Of a DNA stretch of 64,000 nucleotides, positions 19,684 through 29,834 are shown piece by piece. Position numbers and translations under genes: made by a program. The DNA comes from an uncultured Planctomycetota bacterium (GTDB lineage Bacteria; Planctomycetota; Planctomycetia; Isosphaerales; Isosphaeraceae). The stretch spans positions 512,001 to 576,000 of the forward strand of contig CAWJTV010000034.1 in NCBI GenBank assembly GCA_963845755.1, read 5' to 3'. The notes below the pieces were generated by a model, which was not told where the DNA came from, searched no databases, and worked only from the letters and a program-made list of their open reading frames with translations. Position 1 is the first letter of the stretch, and the number at the start of each line of letters is the position of its first letter.

Positions 19684-19925
19684 ACCTTCGAAACATGCCT
19701 TGTGGCTGGACGCCACTCTGTGCGTCTGTCACCTTCGACTCGTGAACGGGCACCGATGAAGAGGTTCGATCAAACCGGGTGTCGGGATTTCGCGATCCAA
19801 CTTGGTGTCGCGTGACAGGACGCGTCTCCTCCGAAACTCATCACGAGCGCGGGCGAAGCCCGCCACCGCTGGCGTTGGCGCCTAGAGCGATTCACGCTTG
19901 GGTGGCTGACGGTCGGGGGACAGAG

Positions 19926-21328
19926 CCCCATACGAAACTGGTTAAGCCGCAATCCTTGGTGCGAACAGCAGTTGTCGCGTACTGGGGCGTTTCTTCCGTC
20001 GGCCACGCCGGGGCAAACGACTCAAGCGGACTCGCAGTTTCTCCAACACCCGCCGCAACCGCGCTGGGTCGCTCAGCGCCGCGGCGATTTGCAATGCCAG
20101 CCGCTTCACCCGCCGAGCCGCCCGGACCAGGCTGATCCCACACAGGGGCCCTCCGCGCAGCAGCGTCCCCCAGTGCTGCACCAGCATCCCCAACAGCTTG
20201 GCATACCTCTCGCACAACACCCGCTGGCCCCGCCGACCCCGCGTCCGGTCCACACCCCCTCCCGATTTCCACGCCTTATACAACAACTCCACCTGCCAGC
20301 GGACACGATAAAGCACGCAGATTTCTTCAATTGTCAACGTGCCCGCCGGCAAATCGGTGATCAGCACCGTCCCCTGGCACATCACGCGCTGGCGATCACT
20401 CAGCGTCTTCCCCTTCTTCCGCAGCTCCTTTCGCAGCCGACGCAATCGGATCTCGGCCACCTCCCGGGGCACCCGCAGGGCCACCAACCGACAGCCCAAG
20501 GTCGCCTTGGTCCCCAGGACGACCGTAGTGTCGATCCGACCCTCCGTTTGCCGATCCAACCACGCGCTGATATTGACCCCACCCGGCTCACCGGCTCGCA
20601 CTTTCAACTGCGCCGGGACGCGGCTGATAAAGTGAATCCCCTTCTGCTGATCGGCGGCCAGTCGTTCCAGGTCGAAAAAGCCCAGGTCGCACAACCGCAG
20701 GCTGTTGGCAGGTAAGGGCGCCAGCTCCTCGGCCAGGGTTCGCTCAGAATCGCGCGCCGGTGCCGGTGGCTGAATCTCCAAGCGGCCGGTGGTCACATCC
20801 CACCGCGTCAAGAGCTTCCATCCCGCTTGACCGCCTTGGGGATCAGAGCCACCACAGCCGGGGAAGGATCCGGCCAATTCGGCCGGCAACCCGACGATGG
20901 TGACGTCCTCGACGGAAACGGTCGCGAAGCGGCGCAACAGCGGAATCATCTCGGGCCGGGCCGCGAACAGCAGGTTCAACGCCTTCTCGAGCACCCGACG
21001 CAAACAGTCCGCGGCGCGGGCGTTGAAGCGTTCGTTGAAAGCCGCCTCGCTGATGTCGAGGTCTTCAATGATCTCCTCAATGGTGGCGTCGGGATTCTCC
21101 AGCCAATGAAAGACCAGGGCCTGGACGAATCGGGACCCGGTGAGCTTGCGCTGGCGCCGAATCATGCCGGAATCCTTGGCAGCCTCATCGGCGTCGGTGG
21201 TGAAGAGGGCTTGCAAGGCATCAGCCAGTTGATCGATCGTGATGGTCATCCGGTACTCCTCCGGTGCGGAAATACTGATCAAATGTATTGTACCAGAGGA
21301 GTTACTTCTTAACCAGTTTCTCATGGGG
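19926..21328 (-). mobile_element. IS4-family insertion sequence
   Basis: TIR CCCCAT(AC/GA)GAAACTGGTTAAG at both ends; no clear target duplication. Confidence 0.85.
19942..21249 (-). CDS. IS4-family DDE transposase
   Basis: DLGF motif and Y-R-E-K signature YRVRWQVELLYKAWKS. Confidence 0.9.
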   Translation of the reverse strand: MTITIDQLADALQALFTTDADEAAKDSGMIRRQRKLTGSRFVQALVFHWLENPDATIEEIIEDLDISEAAFNERFNARAADCLRRVLEKALNLLFAARPEMIPLLRRFATVSVEDVTIVGLPAELAGSFPGCGGSDPQGGQAGWKLLTRWDVTTGRLEIQPPAPARDSERTLAEELAPLPANSLRLCDLGFFDLERLAADQQKGIHFISRVPAQLKVRAGEPGGVNISAWLDRQTEGRIDTTVVLGTKATLGCRLVALRVPREVAEIRLRRLRKELRKKGKTLSDRQRVMCQGTVLITDLPAGTLTIEEICVLYRVRWQVELLYKAWKSGGGVDRTRGRRGQRVLCERYAKLLGMLVQHWGTLLRGGPLCGISLVRAARRVKRLALQIAAALSDPARLRRVLEKLRVRLSRLPRRGRRKKRPSTRQLLFAPRIAA

Positions 21329-21383
21329 CGTCAGCCCCCTGTCCGGTGAGCGACGGACCTCCAAGACAGGGGGCTGACGCCCC
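21325..21383. repeat. REP-like 19-bp inverted repeat pair (GGGGCGTCAGCCCCCTGTC)
   Basis: 21325-21343 and 21365-21383 are perfect reverse complements. Confidence 0.7.
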
Positions 21384-22765
21384 TGTCACCCGACAGTAGG
21401 TTTTGCCGCGAATCCCGACAAAAAGGTTTTGCCGCCTCGTGGCGGGGGGTAGTCTGTGATGGTCCGATCCTGCCAACTCCTGCGAGGGTCACTATGCCCG
21501 CTCCACTCCCGCCGACAACCCGGCGCCTCATCTTGCTACGATCCCGTCGCGGCCAGACCGCGGCGGCCATCGCGGACGCCCTGCATCTCTGCCCCCGCAC
21601 GGTCCGGCACCTGCTCCAGCGGGCTCGCGACCCGGCGAGCCCTCAGGGGACCGCTTATCGGCCCGGTCCGGGGCGGCCCGCCGACGACCACCCGCTCCGA
21701 GCCCAGGCCCTGGCCCTGCGACAGCAGCATCCGACCTGGGGAGCGGGCTACATCCGCGTCCGCCTGGCCACCGAGGCCGACCCGGCGACGGTGCCTAGCG
21801 AGCGCGCACGTTGCGGCGCTGGTTCCGCCGCCAGCGGCACCCGCCTGCGGCGGGGGGACGGCGGTCGCCGTCGGCCGCCGACCGTGCCATCGCCCCGCAT
21901 GACATCTGGCAGAGGGACGCCGCGGAGCAACTCCGCACGGCCGACGGCCAGGGCGCTGCTGGCTGCGGCTGGTGGATGAATATACGGGGGCCTTCCTGGG
22001 CACCACGGTTTTCCCCCCACTACTACTGGGCCCACGTCCCCGAGGCCGAGGTGCAGCGGCACTTGCACCGCGCCTTCGAGCGGTGGGGGCTGCCGCGCCG
22101 CATGCGGGTCGATAACGGCAAGCCGTGGGGGTCCTGGAGCGACCTGCCCCCCGCGCTGGCGTTGTGGCTGATCGGCCTGGGGGTCGGCGTGATCTGGAAC
22201 GACCCGCGGCGGCCGCAACAGAACGGCGTGGTGGAGCGGTCGCAGGGGACGGCCAAGCGGTGGGCGGAGCCGCACGCCTGCGGCAACCCGGCGGAGCTGC
22301 AGGCCCGCCTGGACGCCGACGACCGGTTGCAGCGGGAGCGGTATCCCGTCGCCGGGGGACACAGCCGTTGGGAGCTGTTCCCGGGTCTGGCGCACAGCGG
22401 CCGCGCCTACCGCGAGGCGGACGAGGCCGGCGCGTGGTGCCGGGGGCGGGTGCGCGACCACCTAGCGGAGTGGGCCGTGCCGCGCCGGGTGGACAGCCAG
22501 GGAAAGGTGTCGATCTATAACAGGAATATCTATGTAGGAGTGTTATATGCGGGCCGGGACGTCTGGGTCCAGTTCGACCCGGGGCACGGCGAGTGGCTGA
22601 TCAACGACGGCGGGGGCCAGCAGCTGCGGGCCCGGCCGGCCCCCGAGATCGACGCGGAGTCGATCCGCGGGTTGCGATTGTCGGGACGGAAGTAGGGACC
22701 GCCGGGTGTCCATGCGGCAAAACCTTTATGTCGGGATTCGCGGCAAAACCTACTGTCGGGTGACA
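21384..22765 (+). mobile_element. IS481-like insertion sequence (TGT...ACA)
   Basis: 52-bp TIR with 1 mismatch; 5-bp GCCCC duplication (21379-21383 / 22766-22770). Confidence 0.88.
21494..22695 (+). CDS. IS481-like rve transposase (frameshifted)
   Basis: N-terminal HTH, HPTWGA, WQRD, RVDNG, PQQNGVVER. Confidence 0.8.
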
Positions 22766-23626
22766 GCCCCCCGCTCGCCCGGACCGGCCCTTCTGGGACA
22801 GACTCTTATTGCGGGCTTCCCAAATCACCTCTGTGTTTCGGTTCTCCCCGTACGGGGATGACCTGTCCGTTTCATCAGTGAATCACCGTTTACGGAGTAC
22901 GCCGCAGACCAGACGGCTCGGCTGCATGGCGGTTAAAGACTGCGCGGTCGCTTGGCTTCGTTTTGCAGAATTCAGGATGTGCTGCGCGGCGTTTTGGCTC
23001 GTTTCGCGGGTTCGGCATCCGGCAGGACGAGGATTCTTGGCTTCGTTTCAGCGATTCCGCGCGGCACGCTTCGCATTCCAGTGCGATCTCTCGTTGAAGT
23101 ACAAGAATATCGTGCGTGGATTAATAGTTCCTTGCACCCAAGATCTCAAGTGAGAATATTCCTTCATGACTGAGTGAACCCAAAGCGAGCGTGCTCGCAT
23201 TTTACCCGAATGGAGGCACCGATCGCATCGAACCGTCCTGGCAGACGACTTCCCGGGACTCAAAGCGGAAAACCTCGACCCGAGACGGGTGGTCGGTTGC
23301 ACGCACCCTGCGAATCCGCGGGGGATCCTCCTGACCAATCTCGGCCCATTAGCGAACCTCATATTCTTCAGGATGCCGCAACTTGGAAAAAACGTTAATG
23401 CATTTCGGGCGAATTGGGCTCGTTTATTGATTCAAGTCCCTACCTGACAAGGAAATAAAATCTTCGAAAACTTTTTCGGGCCGGTGGACTGATTCCTGTG
23501 CGCTGCCGGTCGGCCAACGCGCGTGCTCGCGTCCGATCCGGCCAACCCGCGTCACGATCGTGGCGATCACGTCCGATCGATCCGGCCTGCTCATCGATAT
23601 CGATGAGACTCGGGATCCCTCGTTCG

Positions 23627-24315
23627 TTATGGGGACGGTGCGTCCCGTCGTGTGAAGACGTCCAAGCTTTCCAATTCCGCCGTGAACGGTTTGGTTGACG
23701 AGTTTACTGCCGCGACACCGATCTTGACTTCGTCAGGCAGGTGGACTTCCAGAGGGGGAAACGGCGTCCAGTGAACGCCATCCTGACTGGCGGACGCATA
23801 GATTCTTCCCCCGCGACGTTCCAACCGCAAATGGGTGGGAAGGTCGTGGAGGGCATGTCCCTGGCTGAAGGCTGCCGGCCCTCCTTGAAATGCTCGAAAT
23901 TGACGTATGTGATGAATGCCTCGTCACGGATCAAGCCGGCTCGCTCGAGGCGGAAATAGTTGTCCCGGTCCACCCAGAGAAGCAGTCCGGTACCATGATA
24001 AGGGAGGCCATCCGCAACATTGGACTCGGGGCCCGGGTGAACACCACCGGTTGACTTGACCATCGCGATAAACTCTCCCTTGACGGGACTCAGGACGGTG
24101 GGGGAGTTGACCTGGCCGCTATCGGCGACAAGATTGTGGAGTGTGCCTGGGACGGCGATCGTCAGCTTGCCATCCTTCTGCTGGAAGCGGCAATCGCCAT
24201 CCGGATCGGAGGCCTGGCCCCACCCTTTGAGCACTGGCGGGGATGCAGCCCACAAGGTACACGTCGCGATGAGGAGGCCAGCCGCCCCCCAAAGGCATGA
24301 ACGAAACCGACTCAT
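23627..24315 (-). CDS. DUF1349/ConA-like secreted protein (frameshift near 23860)
   Basis: Signal peptide, DPDGDC, GLLLWVD, RLERRG...SQDG...IGVAAVN. Confidence 0.7.
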
Positions 24316-24664
24316 ATCGCCTCCCGAGAGTTGCATGGACATTGGCATGTGTTCTTGAGGACCCCTGTTGTCGCTGACGACTCGAGTGTCGGATTCGACG
24401 ATGGTTCACACGTGTAATGATTCAACGTGAAATGGGGAAACCGGGGTTGAGAGATCAGGTAGAGTGCACATGGGAACAGATGGGGGTCGATTTGCCGCTT
24501 TTGTGCCAATCCCGAAAGGGAAAGACAGGGCGGCATCGTGCCGCTCCCTTCGGTCTTGGCCCCTGAGTCGGCGCTCGCGTCGTGTCGCCTCGGAGCCCTA
24601 TCCCCGCCCAGGTCGTCGTCCATCATAGTCCCGCCCAACGACTCAGGCAACGACTCCGCGGCGA

Positions 24665-24880
24665 TCAGACCGCCGGCCGACTCGCCTCTCGTGCGGCTTT
24701 CTTCCGCTGGCGTGCCGCATCCAGCCTGGGGTCCCGCTCGGCGAGGATCGCCCGGTCGCGACCGGCCAGGTTGTCCGCCGGTGCGACGTAGCCGATCGCA
24801 CCGTGCAAGCGGAGTTCGTTGTCGTGGGCCACGAATTCCGTGACGAGTCGCCGCGCGTCTGAAGCAAGACACGGGCGCGT
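24665..24880 (-). pseudogene. C-terminal remnant of an rve/IS3-like transposase
   Basis: 'ARRLVTEFVAHDNELRLHGAIGYVAPAD' matches the YN..RLHS..GY.TP motif region. Confidence 0.65.
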
Positions 24881-24979
24881 CCGAGTGAATGTGGGCGGAA
24901 GACGCAGGTAAGTTGTCTTGAGATCAACGGGCCCGCAAGGAGGCTTACTTCGCGACTTTTCGAAAAAAACCTTGGACCA

Positions 24980-25008
24980 TTGACTCCCTATCATCTAATA
25001 GGTAAGGT
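24980..25008 (+). promoter_or_regulatory. Putative sigma70 promoter of TetR gene with palindromic operator in the spacer
   Basis: TTGACT-17 bp-TAAGGT; spacer contains CCTAT...ATAGG. Confidence 0.5.
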
Positions 25009-25107
25009 TCAGCGAACGAGGCGGAGAAATTACAGATGCCGAGGGTCTCAGGATTGGCTCCAGGCGGTCTTGAGCGCCTCCGATCCCTTCCCGATCGGAA
25101 TCGAGCG

Positions 25108-25683
25108 ATGAGCGATCGCGATACGCGCAGAGAGTTGCTGGATCTGGCCGACACGTTGGTGCGGACACGGGGCTATAACGGTTTCAGCTATCGCGACCTG
25201 GCCGAGCAGATCGGGATCAAGACGGCGAGCATCCACTATCATTTCCCCACCAAGGGTGACCTGGGCGAAGCCTTGATCGAGAATGAAAGGGAGGTGTTCG
25301 CCAGGAACCTCGCCCAACTCGACGCCGCGGAAAAGGACCCGCGACGCCGGCTGGAGCGATTCATCCAGCTCTTTCAGGCCAGCACGATCGGTTGTCATAA
25401 CCGGATGTGCCTGGGGGCCATGCTCGCGGTCGAGCAGGAGACCTTGCCGGACGCCGTCGGTCAAGGGGTCCGGCGACTCTTCGCGGACAACGAGGACTGG
25501 CTTGCGAAGTTGCTGGAAGAAGGGCGAAAGACGAGGCAATTCCGGTTCAAGGGGTCCGCGGATGTGGCCGCCCGGTCCTTGTTCTCGTCGCTCGAAGGGG
25601 CGTTGTTGACAGCCAGAGCCTTTCACGATACCGGCCGGTTCGAGGCCACCTCTCGATGGGTCCTTGAGACCCTGATTGCCTGA
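25108..25683 (+). CDS. TetR/AcrR family regulator
   Basis: GYNGFSYRDLAEQIGIKTASIHYHFPTK HTH. Confidence 0.92.
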   Translation: MSDRDTRRELLDLADTLVRTRGYNGFSYRDLAEQIGIKTASIHYHFPTKGDLGEALIENEREVFARNLAQLDAAEKDPRRRLERFIQLFQASTIGCHNRMCLGAMLAVEQETLPDAVGQGVRRLFADNEDWLAKLLEEGRKTRQFRFKGSADVAARSLFSSLEGALLTARAFHDTGRFEATSRWVLETLIA

Positions 25684-25773
25684 CATTTTTGGGGCCCAGC
25701 TCACCTACCTATTGATAGCTAGTCAGGATGGTACTGCCTTTGAATGGAGAGCAGCTTGCGGTGAACTCGTCTC

Positions 25774-25970
25774 TGAACCCGATGGCCTTCGCGATGCGAC
25801 ACCCGGTCAGTGTCAAGGCGGGCGTGGCGGCCCTGGCGGTTGCCAGCGCCCTCGCCGTGGAGCGCATGGCCGTCAATGTCTTCCCCGCCCTCGACCTGCC
25901 GGTCATCTACATTGCCCAGGCCTACGGCGGCATGGACCCGAGTCACAAGGAGAGCCAGCTCACTTCCTGA
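25774..25970 (+). pseudogene. N-terminal fragment of an RND permease
   Basis: 'NPMAFAMRHPVSV...VFPALDLPVIYIAQAYGGMDP' parallels the N-terminus of the RND permease at 52657; stops early. Confidence 0.7.
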
Positions 25971-26019
25971 TACGTGGGCCACTCGTTCTAAATGACATAC
26001 TCTCCAAGGACACCGCCCT

Positions 26020-26601
26020 ATGAATCGGACATTGCCCACCCCCTGGAAACCCACCAAAGCCCAGGTCCTCGCCGCGCGCAACAAGCTCGTCCCGGATCTC
26101 GCCGCCAAAGACCTCATCGTCCTCTTCGCGGGCATCAATCCCGGCCTCTACACCGCCGCCATCGGCCGCCACTTCGGCCGCCCCGGCAACCGCTTTTGGC
26201 CCGCCCTCCACGGCGGCGGCTTCACCCCGCGCGTCTTCTCACCCTTTGAAGAATCCCTCCTCCTCGACCTCAAATTCGGCATCACCAACATCGTCGAACG
26301 CGCCACGGCCCGCGCCGATGAACTCACCGACGACGAGCTTCGCGCCGGCGGCCAGCTCCTCCAAGCCAAAGTCGAACTCTGGCGCCCCACCGTCGTCGCC
26401 TTCGTCGGCATCGGCCCCTACCGCATCGTCTCCGGCATCAAAGACGCCCGCGTCGGCCTCCAAAAGGCCCCCTTCGGCGGCAGCCACGCCTGGGTCCTCC
26501 CCAACCCCAGCGGCCTCAACGCCCACTATCAGCCCGCCGCCCTCGCTCAACTCTTCGGAGACCTCCGCCTCTGGGCCATTGCAGAGCACGGGCGTCGATG
26601 A
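26020..26601 (+). CDS. mug: G/U mismatch-specific DNA glycosylase
   Basis: GINPG, NRFW, LPNPSGLNA. Confidence 0.9.
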   Translation: MNRTLPTPWKPTKAQVLAARNKLVPDLAAKDLIVLFAGINPGLYTAAIGRHFGRPGNRFWPALHGGGFTPRVFSPFEESLLLDLKFGITNIVERATARADELTDDELRAGGQLLQAKVELWRPTVVAFVGIGPYRIVSGIKDARVGLQKAPFGGSHAWVLPNPSGLNAHYQPAALAQLFGDLRLWAIAEHGRR

Positions 26602-26703
26602 AATACCTGTTGGTCGTCGTTGCATTCGAGGCGACCGAAGTTGACGATTACGGCCAGGTGTTCAGAAAAAAGCCAAACGGAAAATAGGAGGTAGGCGTCC
26701 ATT

Positions 26704-28468
26704 ATGACACGGTTATTGTCGGTCAATGTGGGTCAACCCCGCGAGATCGCGTGGCGCGGTAAGACTGTCTACACGTCCGTTTGGAAGGAGCCGGTGGAGG
26801 GACGTCGCCTGGTTCGGCGTCTCAACATCGATGGTGACGCACAGGGTGATCTAGCCGGTCACGGTGGAGAACACCGGGCTGTGTTTGTCTACCAGATGGA
26901 TTCCTATCACTATTGGCAGCGTGAACTGAAGCGAGCCGATTTCACTTTCGGGCAATTCGGAGAGAACTTCACGGTGGAAGGCCTCGCCGACAGCGAGGTC
27001 TGCGTCGGCGATCGCTATCGCATCGGCGGCGCCCTGTTCGAAGTTACGCAGCCGCGTGTGACCTGCTACCGCGTTGGCATACGAATGGATGAGCCCAGGA
27101 TGGCGGCGTTGCTGGTCGCGCATCACCGCCCGGGGTTCTATTTTCGCGTCATAGAAGAGGGTGAGGTGGGCGCCGGCGATGAAATCGTCAAAGTTGACCA
27201 GGGCCCCGAACGCCTCACGGTCGCCGCGGTCAACGGCGCTGCTCTATCTTCCGGGACCCGCCAAAGAAGAACTTGAGCGGGCTCTGCGCATCCCGGCCCT
27301 GAGCCCGGGCTGGAAGTCTTCCTTTGAGGCTCTTCTCCAACAGATGGCGCAGCCGGGATCGCGCACCGGGAATGCCGGATTGGCGTCACCAGAACAGATG
27401 ACCACGGCCGTTCCCGGATTCCGGCCTCTGAAAGTGGCCAGAATGGATCGCGAGAGCAGCAGTGCGGTCTCGCTGGTGCTGGAGCCTGTGGACGGTCGTC
27501 CTCTGACCGTCCCTCTCCCCGGGCAGTTCGTGGTGTTGCGACTCCGTCCTAACGCTGACGCGCCTCCGGTCCTGCGCAGCTACTCCTTGTCAAATCTGCC
27601 GGACCCCGGTCGTTATCGCATCACCATTCAGCAGGAGCCGCACGGAATCGCCAGCACCTACGTGAGCACACAGCTTCGTCCAGGCGACGTGCTGGATGTT
27701 AGCGAGCCCCGGGGCGCCTTCACACTGAGGCGCGGCGATCTTCCTGTGGTGCTATTGAGCGCAGGGGTGGGGGTGACTCCGGTGATGGCCATGCTCCACG
27801 CGCTGGCGGCCCAGGAGTCGGTGCGCCCGGTCTGGTGGATTTATGGAGCACGCAACTGCCTGGATCACATCTTCGCCCGGGAAGCACGCGATCTGCTGGC
27901 TAAACTACCCCACGCCCGGAGCCACGTCCAGTACAGCCGGCCCGATGCGACTGACCGATTGGGTCTCGATTTCGACGCTGCCGGCAGGCTGACTGTCACG
28001 GTTCTCAAAGAACTGGACGTACCTCGCGACTCCGATTTTTATCTGTGCGGCCCTCCGGCCTTCCTTGAGGACTTGACCGCCGGCCTCGTCCGATGGGGTG
28101 TCATCCACGATCGCATCCACACGGAAGCTTTCGGTTCAGGCAAGGCTATGACGCCGGGTGTGAACGCGGTGCCGCGACCCCTACCGCACGCGCCGACCGA
28201 CTCCCACGGTGAAGGTCCAAGAATCTCCTTTGCTCGCGCCGGGCTTACGGTTTCCTGGGACTCGAACTTCCAGAACCTGCTGGAACTCGCCGAAGCCTGC
28301 GACGTCCCGGTGCGCTGGTCTTGCCGGACCGGAGTTTGCCATACCTGCGAGTGCGGGTTGATTTCCGGGTCGGTGAAGTATGATCCCGAGCCGCTCGAAC
28401 CTCCGGCGGCAGGGAACCTATTGATGTGCTGCTCGCGCCCCCAGGAAGACGTGGTAATCGACATGTAG
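26704..28468 (+). CDS. MOSC + FAD/NAD-binding + 2Fe-2S oxidoreductase (frameshift ~27235)
   Basis: GENFT, QPRVTC (MOSC); RSYSLS, AGVGVTP, YLCGP; CRTGVCHTC...C. Confidence 0.88.
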
Positions 28469-28512
28469 AACGCAATGATTGGAAGCAAGAGTCACCGGCG
28501 TGGCACGGGTTC

Positions 28513-28637
28513 CTAAGCAACTCCGCAGAAATAACTTGACAAAAGTCCCACGATCTCGCGGAAAACTGGCTCTATCTCAGGCAGACGCCAGCTCGAAAGG
28601 CGCGGCGATGTCAAATCAATTCTGCCGAGTTGCTTAG
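28513..28637. mobile_element. ~120-bp MITE flanked by TA in CTAG context
   Basis: Imperfect 29-bp TIR CTAAGCAACTC(C/G)GCAGAA(A/T)T(A/G)A(C/T)TTGACA. Confidence 0.75.
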
Positions 28638-28805
28638 TCGATGGGGCTTTCTTTACCCGGTTAGTGCGGATGGGGAGCCGGAAGGCTTCTCGCATAGCCC
28701 AGACTTGCGTCCCGAGGGACGCCGGAACCCCGATGACTCTCGAAACGTGCGAGCGCTCGCGCGGTAATGAAGGTCCACCGTGTCCTGAGGGGCAGATTGT
28801 TGCGC

Positions 28806-28973
28806 GCGTCAGTCGGATCGACGAATGACAGTAGACTAGGCGCAAGTGTTTTCTGATAAATGACTTGGACCTGTACAGGGCCGGTCGTTTAGGGGAAAAA
28901 TCTTAGTCTGTTCACATTATGATTAATTGGCTGGCCGGGAAACATAGGGCTCCAGATGGAGACCCCGAGAATC
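28806..28973. repeat. Degenerate, truncated arm-core unit 4
   Basis: GCGTCAGT-N7-ACGAATGACAG TA GACTAGGCGCAAG; interior resembles core 2 (GCCGGGAAAC...CAGATGGAG...GAATC). Confidence 0.75.
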
Positions 28974-28989
28974 AAGCACGCGAGGAACA

Positions 28990-29523
28990 GGAAGCAGCAT
29001 CGCGAATGGTAACGGGCAGACGACGCTCAGCCCCGTGTATGAGTTCTGGTACGCCGGACTCCCCGGCGGAGGGGTGATCCGGGGCGGCACCGGCGTGACG
29101 GTCCCGACAAGCGGTGCGGCTGGGGCCCGGACGCTTTACAAATACGACTTCTCCGTCGGGAAGTACTGGACCCCACACGATGCGTGGCCGGGCGACTTGG
29201 TCACCTATCTCTCGATCAACGGCTTTACCACCCTGGACGACCGCGGTCCGACTTACTCGTATCTCAGAGGCTGTCTCGGAAGGTCTTTGTAGGGTGCTCT
29301 GTGAGCACCAAGCCGGCGTAGTTTGCCGAATTCGGTGCTCACAGAGCACCCTACGGGACGGCCATCGAGGCTTCCGGGACAGACTCTAAGTTTGACACCG
29401 GGCCCGCGCTTCCACGTGCGAAACAACGACTATTTCTCCGCAGGAGTCGAGGTTCCTGTAACCGGACCCAAGACCGAGAACTACGCCTTCGCGCCGATGT
29501 TCTGGATCACCAAGTCCTGGTGA
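28990..29523 (+). pseudogene. 5'-truncated outer-membrane-type protein gene interrupted by a MITE
   Basis: ORFs 29035-29292 and 29323-29523 share a frame; removing 29267-29389 restores ...TYSYL-SLTPG...; ends in aromatic residue. Confidence 0.6.
29267..29386. mobile_element. 120-bp MITE containing a GTAG-type REP doublet
   Basis: TIR GAG(G/T)CTGTC(T/C)CGGAAG, TCA/TAA flanks; perfect 21-bp IR 29289-29309 / 29334-29354. Confidence 0.75.
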
Positions 29524-29834
29524 CCGACCGAACGAGACCGGCGCGATTAGCTCGGCGCGGGCCCGATGTCCCGGGCCGGGGCCGGTCCCAGGATCAGCGA
29601 GTATCCCGCCATCTCCTTGCCATCCCCAGACCTCCTAGCTACAACCGTTGAAGGGGCCCTCCCTCGTTATTCGCGATATTCCTTGAGCAGATAACCAGCG
29701 GAGGCCCCAGTCATCGCGCGTCCGGAGGCAGACCAGGTGGCCGGATGCGAGCGAAGCCCCTCGATGAGTGGGCGCTCTTGATCGCGGCTTCGTGCGTGCT
29801 CATTCTACACACGGACCAACGAAGGAGACTTCCC

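Larger units (their letters stand above)
9288..19817. mobile_element. Non-autonomous TGT...ACA transposon, 10,530 bp, with cargo
   Basis: Perfect 51-bp TIR (9288-9338 / 19767-19817); GGACG duplicated at 9283-9287 and 19818-19822; no transposase ORF inside. Confidence 0.9.

Noticed and set aside
9288..19817. One large inverted duplication or assembly fold-back
   Set aside because: Cores 1 and 3 are ~15% diverged and co-oriented, subterminal regions differ, and a target duplication flanks the element.
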